DNA of 64,000 bases from an uncultured delta proteobacterium (GTDB taxonomy: Bacteria; Desulfobacterota; Binatia; Binatales; Binataceae), in assembly GCA_963834535.1 (NCBI GenBank), contig CAWICC010000005.1, positions 263,743-327,742 of the forward strand, given 5' to 3'. Positions 10,108 to 19,466 of this stretch are shown piece by piece; positions within the stretch are counted from its first letter, which is position 1, and each line of letters opens with the position of its first letter. The notes beneath the pieces were generated by a model that made no database searches, was not told where the DNA came from, and was given only the letters and a program-made list of their open reading frames with translations. Made by a program: the position numbers and the translations under genes.

Positions 10108-11144
10108 ATGTTCGTCCTGGATAACGGTAAACGCTTCGTAATTCCGCGCACCGAGATGACCTATCCCGGGCATAGCCTCAAGCTCCACCAGAATGCCGCC
10201 GACCCGGTGAAGTCGCCGGTTGACCACGTGATGGCGGATTTTGAGGACGCCTGCCCCTACGAGTTCAAAGGCGAGAAAAGCCGCAAAATTATGGTCGAGG
10301 CCCTCAACACTCTCGACTTCGGCAAAAAGGTCGTCACGATTCGCCCCAACAACATCCATTCCCCGTTCTTCAAGGGCGATATCGAGGCCATCGTGCTCGG
10401 CGCGCCCAACCGCTTTCACGGCATCATCCTGCCCAAAACCCGCGGCCCCGAGGAGATTCGCGAAGTCTCCAGGCTGCTCGACGACCTCGAAAAGCGCGCC
10501 GGATGGAAGTCGAAGATCCAGATCGAATCGCTGATCGAAACCCCCCACGCGCTCATCAAGGCTTACGAAATCGCCACCGCCTCCGATCGCATGGCCGGGC
10601 TGATTTTCGGCATCGCCGACTATGCCGCCAACCTCGGCATCCGCGAGATCGTCGAGAATCAGAATCAGAATTTCCACTACTCCAAGCAGGCCGTGGTCGT
10701 CGCCGCCAAGGCCGCCGGCCTCCACGCGGTCGATAACGTCTACCTGCGCCTGTGGCGCAAAGAGGATTCGCCGAGCGCGTCGCCGAACTCCAGGCCGGCT
10801 TGCGCGAGAAGAACCAGGGCGCCGCGGATCTCGGCATGGACGGCACCTGGGTCATCCATCCGCAACAGGCCGAAATCTGCAATAGCTGTTACACGCCGAA
10901 TCAGACCCAGGTCGATTACGCCCGCCGCATCATCAAGCTCTACCACGAGAAGGGCGGCGGCTCGATGGCGGATCCCGCTACCGGCGAGATGATCGACGAG
11001 GCCACCATCAAGATCGGCCTGATGGATCTCGCCAAGGGCGCACAGGCCGGCATGGTCAACGCCGCCGAACTCGCCGACTGGTCCGCCAAGAGCAAGGCCA
11101 TCACCGGCTACGACATCCTCGAGTTGATGCGCCGCACCGCCTGA
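10108..11144 (+). pseudogene. HpcH/HpaI-CitE family (citryl/malyl-CoA lyase-like) gene with one frameshift near 10745-10790
   Basis: The N-part 'MADFEDACPYEFKGEKSRK...IESLIETPHAL...FGIADYAANLG' is in the frame of 10108. The C-part 'GMDGTWVIHPQQAEICNSCY...' continues in the frame of 10752. The two halves are colinear with one CitE-like protein. Confidence 0.7.
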
Positions 11145-11322
11145 CCCCGCAGTGCCTCAGATCGCTTTACGAGGGTGCCTCTCATCGCTTTCCTGAGGGC
11201 GCAGCGCGCATCTCCCAAAGGGGAATACTGAAACCTCGCGGAGGTTTCAGTATTCGTGAAAGCTTTAAAGTTCCTCGAAGTGGGGCAGCGGGGCGGGAGC
11301 GCTGCGCTCCCGCCCACTTCCC

Positions 11323-12549
11323 CTATAGCAGGTTGTACGCGCGCGCGACGTTCTCGCCCAGCACTCCGCGCCGGGCGCTCGTCGTCATCCCTTCGACCAT
11401 TCCGCGCAGCTCCTCGATATAGTCCCCCGGATGGTCCGGATGCGGATAATCCGACGCCCAGAAGAAGCGGTCCTCGCCGATTATCTTCGTCAGCGGCGCG
11501 ATCGATCGCTCGTCCGGATCGCCTGAGATGTAACACTGCCGCTTGAAGTAGAACGACGGCCGCTCCTTCAACTGGACCGTGCCGCCGAGCCCCGTGCGCC
11601 GATAGATTGCGTCGCCCCGATCGAGCCAGTAGCCGATCCAGCCCGCCCCCGATTCGAGCACCACCGTGCGCAGCCGCGGGAAGCGATCGAAGACGCCGTA
11701 CTGGAACATCGTGCCGAACGCGTGGCCCACGCCTTGCGCCGCGAACAGGTCGAAAAACCAGTCGGCCCAGTCCATGTTGTCGAACCGCTGATGCACTCCC
11801 CACGCCGGCGGCTCCAGCGTCGGATGGATCGCGAAGGGAATCCCCAGGTCCTGCGCCGCCGCGAAAACCGGGTCATGATCGACATGCCCATGCGGTTTGC
11901 GCGTGATCGTGAACGGGCACACGAACGCGCCCTTGCAGCCGTCCTTCACCGCGCGTTCCAGCTCGCGCGCCGCCGCCGCCGGATCGCCCAGCGAGATATG
12001 CGCAATCGGAATCAGCCGCCCGCCCGAGTCGCGGCAGAAATCCGCAATCCATCGATTGTATGCGCGGCAGTACGCGTCCGAGAGCTCCGCGTCGAATACT
12101 TCGGCTTCCCACAGCAGCCCGATCGTCGGATAGAGCACCGATTTCGCCATGCCCTCGGTTTCCAGCAGCGACAGCCGCTCCTTCATATCCATCGCGCCGT
12201 ACGCCGCCCCGCCCACATACGACTCGACCGTTTCGACGCCCTCGAGGCTGTCGAACACCCGATGTTTCTCGCCCGACCGCGACTTCAGCAACTCGCGCCG
12301 CGACGCATTAACATCCTCGACTTTCGCGCCCAGCTCCTGCAGCTTCTTCATCCCGCCGAGCGACGCCAGCAGCGTCGGGCTGGTCAGCGCCGATCGCTTG
12401 TTGTCGAATTCAAGATATTCGCGCTTGTCGTCGCCGACTTTGATCCGGATCGCGCGATCGCGAAATTTGGCTTCGAGGTTCTTTTCCCACAGGTCGGGCG
12501 GTTCCAGGATATGTCCGTCCGCGTCGATCAACAGCTCTTCTACGGCCAT
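11323..12549 (-). CDS. Amidohydrolase-2 family metal-dependent hydrolase/decarboxylase
   Basis: 'LIDADGHILEPPDLW' is the N-terminal metal-binding motif and '...WASDYPHPD' the C-terminal motif. The start is set at 'MAVEELLIDADGH'. Confidence 0.75.
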   Translation of the reverse strand: MAVEELLIDADGHILEPPDLWEKNLEAKFRDRAIRIKVGDDKREYLEFDNKRSALTSPTLLASLGGMKKLQELGAKVEDVNASRRELLKSRSGEKHRVFDSLEGVETVESYVGGAAYGAMDMKERLSLLETEGMAKSVLYPTIGLLWEAEVFDAELSDAYCRAYNRWIADFCRDSGGRLIPIAHISLGDPAAAARELERAVKDGCKGAFVCPFTITRKPHGHVDHDPVFAAAQDLGIPFAIHPTLEPPAWGVHQRFDNMDWADWFFDLFAAQGVGHAFGTMFQYGVFDRFPRLRTVVLESGAGWIGYWLDRGDAIYRRTGLGGTVQLKERPSFYFKRQCYISGDPDERSIAPLTKIIGEDRFFWASDYPHPDHPGDYIEELRGMVEGMTTSARRGVLGENVARAYNLL

Positions 12550-12838
12550 TTTGTCCTCCAGGCGATACTGATTTAACTTGTCGGTTTCCGCCTTTCGCGC
12601 CCTCCGGCTCGATCGGCCCACGGCTCCGCCCCCGCGGGATACCGTTGATCCCGACTATAGATTTGTCCTCGCCGCTACCGCAAACCCCACCCGCAATACC
12701 GCGCCGCCCGTTCACTGTGCAAGGATGAAGCCTGTCTAAGGTTTCACTTTTCTTTTCTCAGGTTTCTTGCCGTCGCGGTGTCTTGACAAACGCGTTCTTC
12801 GACATTACTTTCAATTCAAATGATTCGAGTTCAAAACA

Positions 12839-13366
12839 ATGTCCACGCACTTCAAAGGTAAAGCCGACCAGGTCCGCGCGCTCGACACTTACATCAAGCT
12901 GAGCCGCGCCTCCGGCACGCTCGACGCCCGCCTCGCGGCCAACCTCGCGCACCTGGGCCTGACCACCGGACAGCTCGGCGTGATGGAGGCGCTGATGCAT
13001 CTCGGTCCGCTCTCGCAGGTCGAGCTCGGCCGCAAGTTGCTGCGTAGCGGCGGTAACGTCACCACCGTTATTGATAACCTCGAACGGCGCCGGCTGGTTG
13101 CTCGTAAGCGCAATTCCCAGGATCGCCGCGTGGTCACCGTCGGACTCACCACCGCCGGCGCGCGCCTGATCGGGCGGGTCTTTCCTCTTCATGCGCGTGC
13201 GGTCGCCCTCGCGATGGAAACCCTGGCGCCCGCCGAGCAGGACGAACTGGGCCGCCTCTGCCGCAAGCTGGGGCGTGGACTGCCGCGCGACCTCGCGCAC
13301 GAACCAGCCCCGTCCGCGCGCAAGCGCGAAGTGATCCACAACGGTAAGGTCCAGGAAGGAATGTGA
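12839..13366 (+). CDS. MarR-family transcriptional regulator
   Basis: Winged-HTH segment 'LTTGQLGVMEALMHLGPLSQVELGRKLLRSGGNVTTVIDNLERRRLVARKRNSQDRRVV'. Confidence 0.85.
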   Translation: MSTHFKGKADQVRALDTYIKLSRASGTLDARLAANLAHLGLTTGQLGVMEALMHLGPLSQVELGRKLLRSGGNVTTVIDNLERRRLVARKRNSQDRRVVTVGLTTAGARLIGRVFPLHARAVALAMETLAPAEQDELGRLCRKLGRGLPRDLAHEPAPSARKREVIHNGKVQEGM

Positions 13367-13538
13367 CGATGATCGCCTGCGGCGCCACAGCCTCGCGATG
13401 GCCCGGCGGCGGCCGCCTGCCCGAGGGCGATCGAACTCAAGGCTTTCAGCAGCGCCGCGTCGCGACCCGGCCGAATCAATTCAAATCCGGCGCCGCAGAC
13501 GCCTGAACTTCTGCCATTAACACAGGAGGTAACCAACC

Positions 13539-14237
13539 ATGATTTCCGTCCGCAAAGCCGACGATCGCGGCCTCACCCACATCGATTGGCTCAAGAGCCG
13601 CCACACGTTTTCATTCGGCGAGTACTACGATCCGCAGGAACAAGGCTTTTCCACCCTGCGCGTCATCAACGAGGATTGGGTCGCGCCCGGCGCCGGCTTC
13701 CCCACGCATTCGCATCGCGACATGGAGATCGTAACCTACGTGATCGACGGTGCCGTTCAGCACAAGGACAGCATGGGCAACGGCTCGGTCATTCGGCCCG
13801 GCGACGTCCAGCGGATGAGCGCCGGCACCGGCGTCACCCATAGCGAGTACAACCCGTCGAGGTCAGACCCGCTCCATCTGCTCCAGATCTGGCTCCTGCC
13901 CGATCGCCGTGGCCACCAGCCCGGCTACGAACAGAAGACCATCGGCCAGGCCGAGAAGCGCGGGCGCCTGCGCACCATCGCGTCCCCCGACGCCCGCGAC
14001 GGCTCGGTCTCGATCCACCAGGACGCTCTCCTCTACGCGGGCATCATCGAAGCCGGCCATCCGGTCGACTTCACGATGCCTCCGGGACGGCGCGGTTATC
14101 TTCACGTCGTCAAGGGCGCGGTTGACCTTAACGGGATCGCGCTGGAGGCGGGCGACGGCGCTCGCATCGTCGCGGAAGGCGCGCTCGAGATCTCCGGCCG
14201 CTCCGAGTCCGAAGTCCTGCTGTTCGACCTCGCCTGA
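13539..14237 (+). CDS. Pirin-family bicupin protein
   Basis: 'HIDWLKSRHTFSFGEYYDP...GFPTHSHRDMEIVTYVIDGAVQHKDSMGN...MSAGTGVTHSEYN'. Confidence 0.85.
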   Translation: MISVRKADDRGLTHIDWLKSRHTFSFGEYYDPQEQGFSTLRVINEDWVAPGAGFPTHSHRDMEIVTYVIDGAVQHKDSMGNGSVIRPGDVQRMSAGTGVTHSEYNPSRSDPLHLLQIWLLPDRRGHQPGYEQKTIGQAEKRGRLRTIASPDARDGSVSIHQDALLYAGIIEAGHPVDFTMPPGRRGYLHVVKGAVDLNGIALEAGDGARIVAEGALEISGRSESEVLLFDLA

Positions 14238-14389
14238 GCAGCCTCGTGTGCCGGCACTATCCGACGGCGGCCGCGCACGTCCGTCGCCGCCGGTTGATCA
14301 AAAGAAAGCTCGCGCCGATCGCCGTTCCGGCGATCGTGCGCGACGCCCCTCAACCTAGCTGTGAGTTATGTTTTGCTACTTTCTATAGT

Positions 14390-14413
14390 ATCGATGCCTT
14401 TCTCGGCATCGAT
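14390..14413. terminator. Perfect hairpin between convergent pirin and argC (candidate terminator); a second hairpin lies at 14316-14336
   Basis: ATCGATGCC-tttctc-GGCATCGAT at 14390-14413, and CGATCGCCG-ttc-CGGCGATCG at 14316-14336. Neither has a clean U-tract. Confidence 0.35.
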
Positions 14414-14536
14414 TGCCGCCATCGCGAAATGACTTGAAGACGCCGGATTGCGCAAAACGAACCCATTTGAAAGATCTCCAACCACTCCCTGCCCAATCGC
14501 TTGCGCACCCTTGACCAGCGGGTCGCTTGCGGGATC

Positions 14537-15592
14537 TCAGGGGACCGGCGCAGCAGCCAGCAATCCCGCTGCCTCGTCAAAGCCGAGCATCAGGTTCAGG
14601 TTCTGCACCGCCTGTCCGGCCGCGCCCTTACCCAGGTTGTCGATCGCCGTCAAAACCACTAGCGTCTGCGATCTGCGGTCAAGCACGAACGCAAGCTCGC
14701 AGAAGTTGGTCGCCCGCACGTTGCGCAGCTCCGGCAATTCTCCCGCCCTCAGGATCCGTACGAAACGCGACTTCGCGAAGCTCGCCTCGAACGCCGCGCG
14801 CACGTCCTCCTCGGTGGTCCCCGCGCGCGGACGCATGAAGATCGAGCTCAGGATGCCGCGCGTGACTGGCAGCAGATGAGGTACGAACAGAATCGCCACA
14901 TCGCGTCCGAGAGCAGTGCCAATCTCCTGTTCGATTTCCGGCGTATGGCGATGATTGCCGACCTTGTACGCGCGGAAATTCTCGTTGACCTCGGCAAAAA
15001 GCTGCTCGACCGCAGCTTGTCGGCGCGCGCCGGTGGTTCCGGACTTCGCGTCGATCACGATCGAAGACGGGTCGATCAGGTCGCGGCGAATCAGCGGCAA
15101 AATTCCCAGCAGCGATCCCGTCGGATAGCATCCCGGATTTGCCACCACGCGAGCCTCGCGCAATTCCCGCCGATGAAATTCGCTCAAGCCGTACACCGCC
15201 TCCTTGAGCAGCGCCGGCGCGGGATGGTCCGCGCCGTAGGTCGCGCGATAGGCGGCGGGGTCTTTGAGCCGGAAGTCGGCCGAGACGTCAATTGCGCGCA
15301 AGCCATCGCGTACGAACTCGGCCAGCAACGGCGCGCCCACCCGTTCCGGCAGGCACGAGATGACGACTTCGGCGCGTCCCTTGATCAGATCGGGGCGCAA
15401 CTCCTCGAACGGCGGCAGATCGACGCCCAGCAGATGCCGGTAAACGTCCGCGACCTCGCGCCCGGTGTAATGCTCCGAGGTGAGCACGCTCAGCTCGACG
15501 AACGGATGCGCCGCGAGAATTCGCACCGCCTCGATGCCCGAGTAACCGGACGCTCCCAACACCGCTACTTTGATACGATCGTGCGACGCCAT
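14537..15592 (-). CDS. argC: N-acetyl-gamma-glutamyl-phosphate reductase
   Basis: 'KVAVLGASGYSGIEAVRIL' and the active-site region 'ANPGCYPT'. Length is 351 aa. Confidence 0.9.
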   Translation of the reverse strand: MASHDRIKVAVLGASGYSGIEAVRILAAHPFVELSVLTSEHYTGREVADVYRHLLGVDLPPFEELRPDLIKGRAEVVISCLPERVGAPLLAEFVRDGLRAIDVSADFRLKDPAAYRATYGADHPAPALLKEAVYGLSEFHRRELREARVVANPGCYPTGSLLGILPLIRRDLIDPSSIVIDAKSGTTGARRQAAVEQLFAEVNENFRAYKVGNHRHTPEIEQEIGTALGRDVAILFVPHLLPVTRGILSSIFMRPRAGTTEEDVRAAFEASFAKSRFVRILRAGELPELRNVRATNFCELAFVLDRRSQTLVVLTAIDNLGKGAAGQAVQNLNLMLGFDEAAGLLAAAPVP

Positions 15593-15728
15593 CTGGGATT
15601 CCTATGTATCAGCGCAAAGTTTAATGCCGATTTCATTGAAGTATCATTAAAGCGCCGCGTTCGCCAGTTGGCCGCCGCTCGCGCGCTTCAGTTTAATCAA
15701 CAGCGGCTTTCGACGTGGCCGAAAAGCG

Positions 15729-15758
15729 CGAGCCTTCCGCAATTTTGCGGAAGGCTCG
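15729..15758 (-). terminator. Rho-independent terminator after rpsI
   Basis: CGAGCCTTCCGCA-attt-TGCGGAAGGCTCG is a 13-bp perfect stem. On the minus strand it is followed by CGCTTTTCGG. Confidence 0.65.
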
Positions 15759-15862
15759 ATAAAACCAATTGTCTGTTAATCCTACTTGTCGATTTGTTTA
15801 CTCATTGCGCCTCGACGGAGCACGCGAGGCCGGCGCGCGTATTTCGCGCCACCAACTTTGCC

Positions 15863-16261
15863 TTAGCGCTTGGAGTATTGCGGCCGCTTGCGCGCCTTGT
15901 GATGGCCGTACTTCTTGCGCTCGACCTCGCGCGGATCGCGCGTCAACATGCCGTTCTTGCGCAGCGCCGGACGCAACGCCTCCGAGACCGTCACCAGCGC
16001 GCGCGAGATGGCATGGCGAACCGCGTCGGCCTGGGCGGACGAGCCGCCGCCACGCACACTCACGATCAAATCGTACTGGCCGGCGGTCTCGGTGAGCTCG
16101 AACGGCTCCAGAATGCGCATCCGCGAGGTGTCGCGCGGAAAGTACGCTTCCAGCGATCGATCGTTGACGGTAATCGTGCCCGAGCCCGCCAGCAATCTGA
16201 CACTGGCCACCGCAGTCTTGCGCCGGCCGGTGGTGCGAATCATGTTTTTGTTTTGTGCCAT
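15863..16261 (-). CDS. rpsI: 30S ribosomal protein S9
   Basis: 132 aa, ending in '...[17 protein letters not shown]'. Confidence 0.95.
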   Translation of the reverse strand: MAQNKNMIRTTGRRKTAVASVRLLAGSGTITVNDRSLEAYFPRDTSRMRILEPFELTETAGQYDLIVSVRGGGSSAQADAVRHAISRALVTVSEALRPALRKNGMLTRDPREVERKKYGHHKARKRPQYSKR

Positions 16262-16312
16262 CGTGGCTCTGTAACCTGTTGGGTCTTTGATTTACGCAGT
16301 GACGTGCAGCGC

Positions 16313-16768
16313 TCAGACTCCCATGCTTGCGGGTTTCTGCGCGACGTGCGGATGTTCGGTGCCGCGATACACTTTCAGCTTGTTGAAGAGGCGCCGGCCC
16401 AGTCGATTCTTCGGCAACATCCCATGCACCGCCATCTCGACCATCCGCTCGGGCCGGGTCTGCAACAGCTTGCCCGCGGTGGTGCTGCGGATACCGCCGG
16501 GAAACCCGGTATGACGATGATAGACCTTGTCCGTCAGCTTCTTCCCGGTGAGTTTCACTTTGGCTGCATTGATGATGACCACGAAGTCACCCGCGTCCTG
16601 ATTCGGCGTGAAGTCCGGGCGGTGCTTGCCTCGCAGGACGCTGGCGGCGCGCGAAGCGACGCGGCCCAAGGCGCGCCCGTCGGCGTCGATTACCACCCAA
16701 TGACGTCCGCGCAGCGCGCTTTCGTGGGAGACGCTTCTAGTTTGTTCGGTCAGCTTCAAGTTCGTCAC
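16313..16768 (-). CDS. rplM: 50S ribosomal protein L13
   Basis: '[34 protein letters not shown]...VVIINAAKV'. It lies upstream of rpsI. Confidence 0.95.
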   Translation of the reverse strand: MTNLKLTEQTRSVSHESALRGRHWVVIDADGRALGRVASRAASVLRGKHRPDFTPNQDAGDFVVIINAAKVKLTGKKLTDKVYHRHTGFPGGIRSTTAGKLLQTRPERMVEMAVHGMLPKNRLGRRLFNKLKVYRGTEHPHVAQKPASMGV

Positions 16769-16829
16769 CCGTTCGATCTCGTCGCGAGCTGCCTGCCAGC
16801 AACGCCATCGCGTGAGAGAGTCATAAAAT

Positions 16830-16907
16830 TGGCGGGGCCGATGGGATTTGAACCCACGACTTCCGACGTGACAGGCCGGCGTTCTAACCGGGCTGAACTA
16901 CGACCCC
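16830..16907 (-). tRNA. tRNA-Asp (anticodon GTC)
   Basis: The reverse complement folds as a cloverleaf:
- acceptor stem GGGGTCG/CGGCCCC
- D-arm GTTC/GAAC
- anticodon stem CCGGC/GTCGG with loop CTGTCAC
- T-arm GTGGG-TTCAAAT-CCCAT
- discriminator G followed by an encoded CCA. Confidence 0.9.
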
Positions 16908-17390
16908 GCCCGAAACATTCATTTGTACATGGCGCCCCAGATGGACACAAGCCTGCGGCACGCTTGGATAGCCGGGGCGGCAGACTAATTGTGCCAGCGC
17001 CGTTCCCGCCGACGATCGGATCGATTACTTTCGGTGAGAAGGCCAGTTGCCTCAATTGACGTTGCGGGGGTGAGTGTGGTCTCGAACGGATTCAGCCCGT
17101 CGCGCGAGTCATCATAATGATACGTGAAAACGCCGGCAAACCCCCGGGCGGGCGGCTTTTTTGTCACCGCGGCGCGGACGGCTGCCGAAGCGGTCGGAAT
17201 CAAGAGAAGAGCGAGTAGAATCGGTCGCTGCGGCGAATCTGCCACTCGCCGGACAAATCCAGGGTTGAACAATATGGTCGAGCAACCCATCGGGGTCATT
17301 TTGTTTGCAGCAATAATACATAGTGTGAAGTCGGCAATGATCAGATTTTCGACGCTGCGACGGCTTTAGGAATTGCGCACCGCGAGAAAG

Positions 17391-17888
17391 ATGAGCGGAA
17401 GCCCGGCGCCAAAGCGGCAACGCGAACGGCTGCGCGGAATTGGCGGCGCTATTTCCCAATGGATCCCCGCGATGGTGTGGGCTGTCCTCATACTGGCGCT
17501 CGGGACCTCGATTTTTTCGATCGCGCGCACCCGCGCGATGTTCGACCCGCTGCTGGCGCGAATTTCACCCGGACTTGGCCCGCACGGACTTTATAATCTC
17601 CAGGTGTTTCTGCGTCGCAGTGCGCATTTTACCGAATATGCGGTTCTGTTCGTGTTTCTGAATATCGGGCCGCTGCGCGGACGCCCGATAATCGCGCTGA
17701 TAGCGGCGATCGGATGCGGCGCATTGGATGAGACCCGCCAACTGTTTACGCCCGGGCGCAGCGGCACGATATCCGACGTCGCGCTCGACGCCAGCGGTGC
17801 GGCCGCGATACTCATCGTCGCGATGCCGTATTGGGATCGGCTGCGTCACCAGCGGGAGTCACTGGTGGAGCGAAGTGAAACGACCTGA
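17391..17888 (+). CDS. VanZ-family membrane protein
   Basis: Four hydrophobic helices, plus 'HFTEYAVLFVFL' and 'DETRQLFTPGRSGTISDVALDASGAA'. Confidence 0.65.
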   Translation: MSGSPAPKRQRERLRGIGGAISQWIPAMVWAVLILALGTSIFSIARTRAMFDPLLARISPGLGPHGLYNLQVFLRRSAHFTEYAVLFVFLNIGPLRGRPIIALIAAIGCGALDETRQLFTPGRSGTISDVALDASGAAAILIVAMPYWDRLRHQRESLVERSETT

Positions 17889-18091
17889 CCTGGCGAGCTT
17901 GCGAGCCGCGCTCGCGGGCGTGCCAGGTGCGCATAGGAATTCGAATCTGCGATCTGCGCGTCTGAAGTTGATCGTCGAGGCGCGCGAAAACAGAGAATCT
18001 GAGACGCCGGGTCTCGCGGCGTTTCGTCGAGACCCTTGGTGTTGGCACGCGCTGCGAAAGCGAATTCGCGATGCCACGCCCTCCTCGAACG

Positions 18092-19315
18092 CTACCGCGG
18101 ACCGCTATGCAGGATGCCGGCCGTCTCGAGTTGCTTTATCCGCTCCTCGGAATAGCCCAGCCGGTTGCGCAGGATCTCGCCGTTATGCTCGCCCAGGGTT
18201 GGCGCGTCCAGTTCCAACTGGCCGGGGAATTTGGAGAAGCGCAGCGGAAAGCCCGGTATGTCGAAATCCTCCATGAACCGATCGTGCACCGTCCGAATCG
18301 TACCGCGCTCGCGCATGTGCGGATGGTTGATCACCTCTTCGACCGTGAGCACCGGAGCGTACGGGATGCGATGCTCTTCGAGCCGGCGATAAGCCTCTTC
18401 GTCATTCCCGAGAGAGTCGAGCCATCCCTGCACGATGTCGTTGAGGGCTGCCGAGTTCTGCGCGCGGCTCGGAATATCGATAAAGCGCGAGTCCTCGATT
18501 AGCTGAGGCTTACCCATCGCACGGCAGAACTCAGGCCATTGATGCGGCAGGCCGCCGACGACGAAGATGTAGTGATCCTTGCCCTTGTAGATTCCGACCG
18601 GTGCTACCAGGTAGTGAAACGATCCCGCCCGCTTGGGCCGCATCGCACCCTTGCTCGCGCTCAGCACCTGCACATTCACCTCGTGGTAGCTGGTGTAACA
18701 GTCCAGTAGCGAGGTCTCGACGAACTGACCCTCGCCGGTCCGCTCGCGATAGAGCAGCGCCGAAGTGATCGCACTGAGCGCGGCGATGCCCGTGCTCACA
18801 TCGCCGATACCGAGTTGCGGAAAGACGGGAGCCTTGTCGGGGTCGCCGATCATGTCGAGCACTCCCGCGTAGGCCGCGCCGATATAGTCGAAGCCGGGAC
18901 GATTAGCGAGCGGGCCGCTCTGCCCCATTGCGGAAATCGAGCACATCACGATGCGCGGGTTGAGTGCGTTGACGGTCGCGTAGTCCAGTCCGATCCGTCC
19001 GATCACGCCCGGTGAGAAGTTCTCGACCAGCACGTCAACCGTGCCCACCAGGTCCTTCAGGATTTCGAGTCCGCCCGGTTTCTTGACGTCGATACAGAGG
19101 CTCTTCTTGCCGCGATTTTGCTGGATGTAATACGCGCTGCGCCCGTCGTGCATAAAGGGCAGGCCGCGCGAGAAATCGCCGATCGGCGCTATTTCGACCT
19201 TGATAATCTCCGCACCCATTTCGGCCATCATCCGAGTGACTGTGGGCCCCGCCAGAAATTGCGTAAAATCGAGTACTTTGTAGCCGTCGAGAACGTGCCG
19301 CATCTTGTCCGCCAT
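18092..19315 (-). CDS. Family III CoA-transferase (CaiB/BaiF type)
   Basis: 'LDGYKVLDFTQFLAGPTVTRMMAEMGAEIIKVE' and '...VENFSPGVIGRIGLDY'. It is a paralog of 54546-55772. Confidence 0.85.
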   Translation of the reverse strand: MADKMRHVLDGYKVLDFTQFLAGPTVTRMMAEMGAEIIKVEIAPIGDFSRGLPFMHDGRSAYYIQQNRGKKSLCIDVKKPGGLEILKDLVGTVDVLVENFSPGVIGRIGLDYATVNALNPRIVMCSISAMGQSGPLANRPGFDYIGAAYAGVLDMIGDPDKAPVFPQLGIGDVSTGIAALSAITSALLYRERTGEGQFVETSLLDCYTSYHEVNVQVLSASKGAMRPKRAGSFHYLVAPVGIYKGKDHYIFVVGGLPHQWPEFCRAMGKPQLIEDSRFIDIPSRAQNSAALNDIVQGWLDSLGNDEEAYRRLEEHRIPYAPVLTVEEVINHPHMRERGTIRTVHDRFMEDFDIPGFPLRFSKFPGQLELDAPTLGEHNGEILRNRLGYSEERIKQLETAGILHSGPR

Positions 19316-19466
19316 CGCATGCGCCTCCCCAGGCGCTATCGCCACATTTCACATTGTCGTCTCATGATCGCAAGCGAAATCGCCAATCCGCCGCATCCGA
19401 GCTTGATAAAGTCCCACGCGTTGTGGTGCAATCGCCGCTCATTCGCCTGAATCTACGGAGAATACG

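Noticed and set aside
5669-11144. Attributing both frameshifted genes purely to sequencing error
   Set aside because: This is not fully rejected. All other long genes in the window are intact and the breaks are not in homopolymers, so genuine pseudogenisation is favoured. Read-level data are needed.
14876-17059. 727-aa ORF on the plus strand, the longest but one in the track
   Set aside because: It runs antisense through argC, rpsI and rplM and across the tRNA-Asp. It has Arg/Ala/Gly-rich, motif-free composition typical of stop-poor antisense frames in GC-rich DNA. The minus-strand genes are unambiguous.
17127-17162. GC-rich segment followed by TTTTTT (aaaacgccggcaaacccccgggcgggcggcttttttg) as a terminator or sRNA 3' end
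   Set aside because: I could not fold a convincing stem, with at most 4 consecutive pairs. No upstream plus-strand transcription unit is evident. It lies in the divergent region between the tRNA-Asp and vanZ-like genes.
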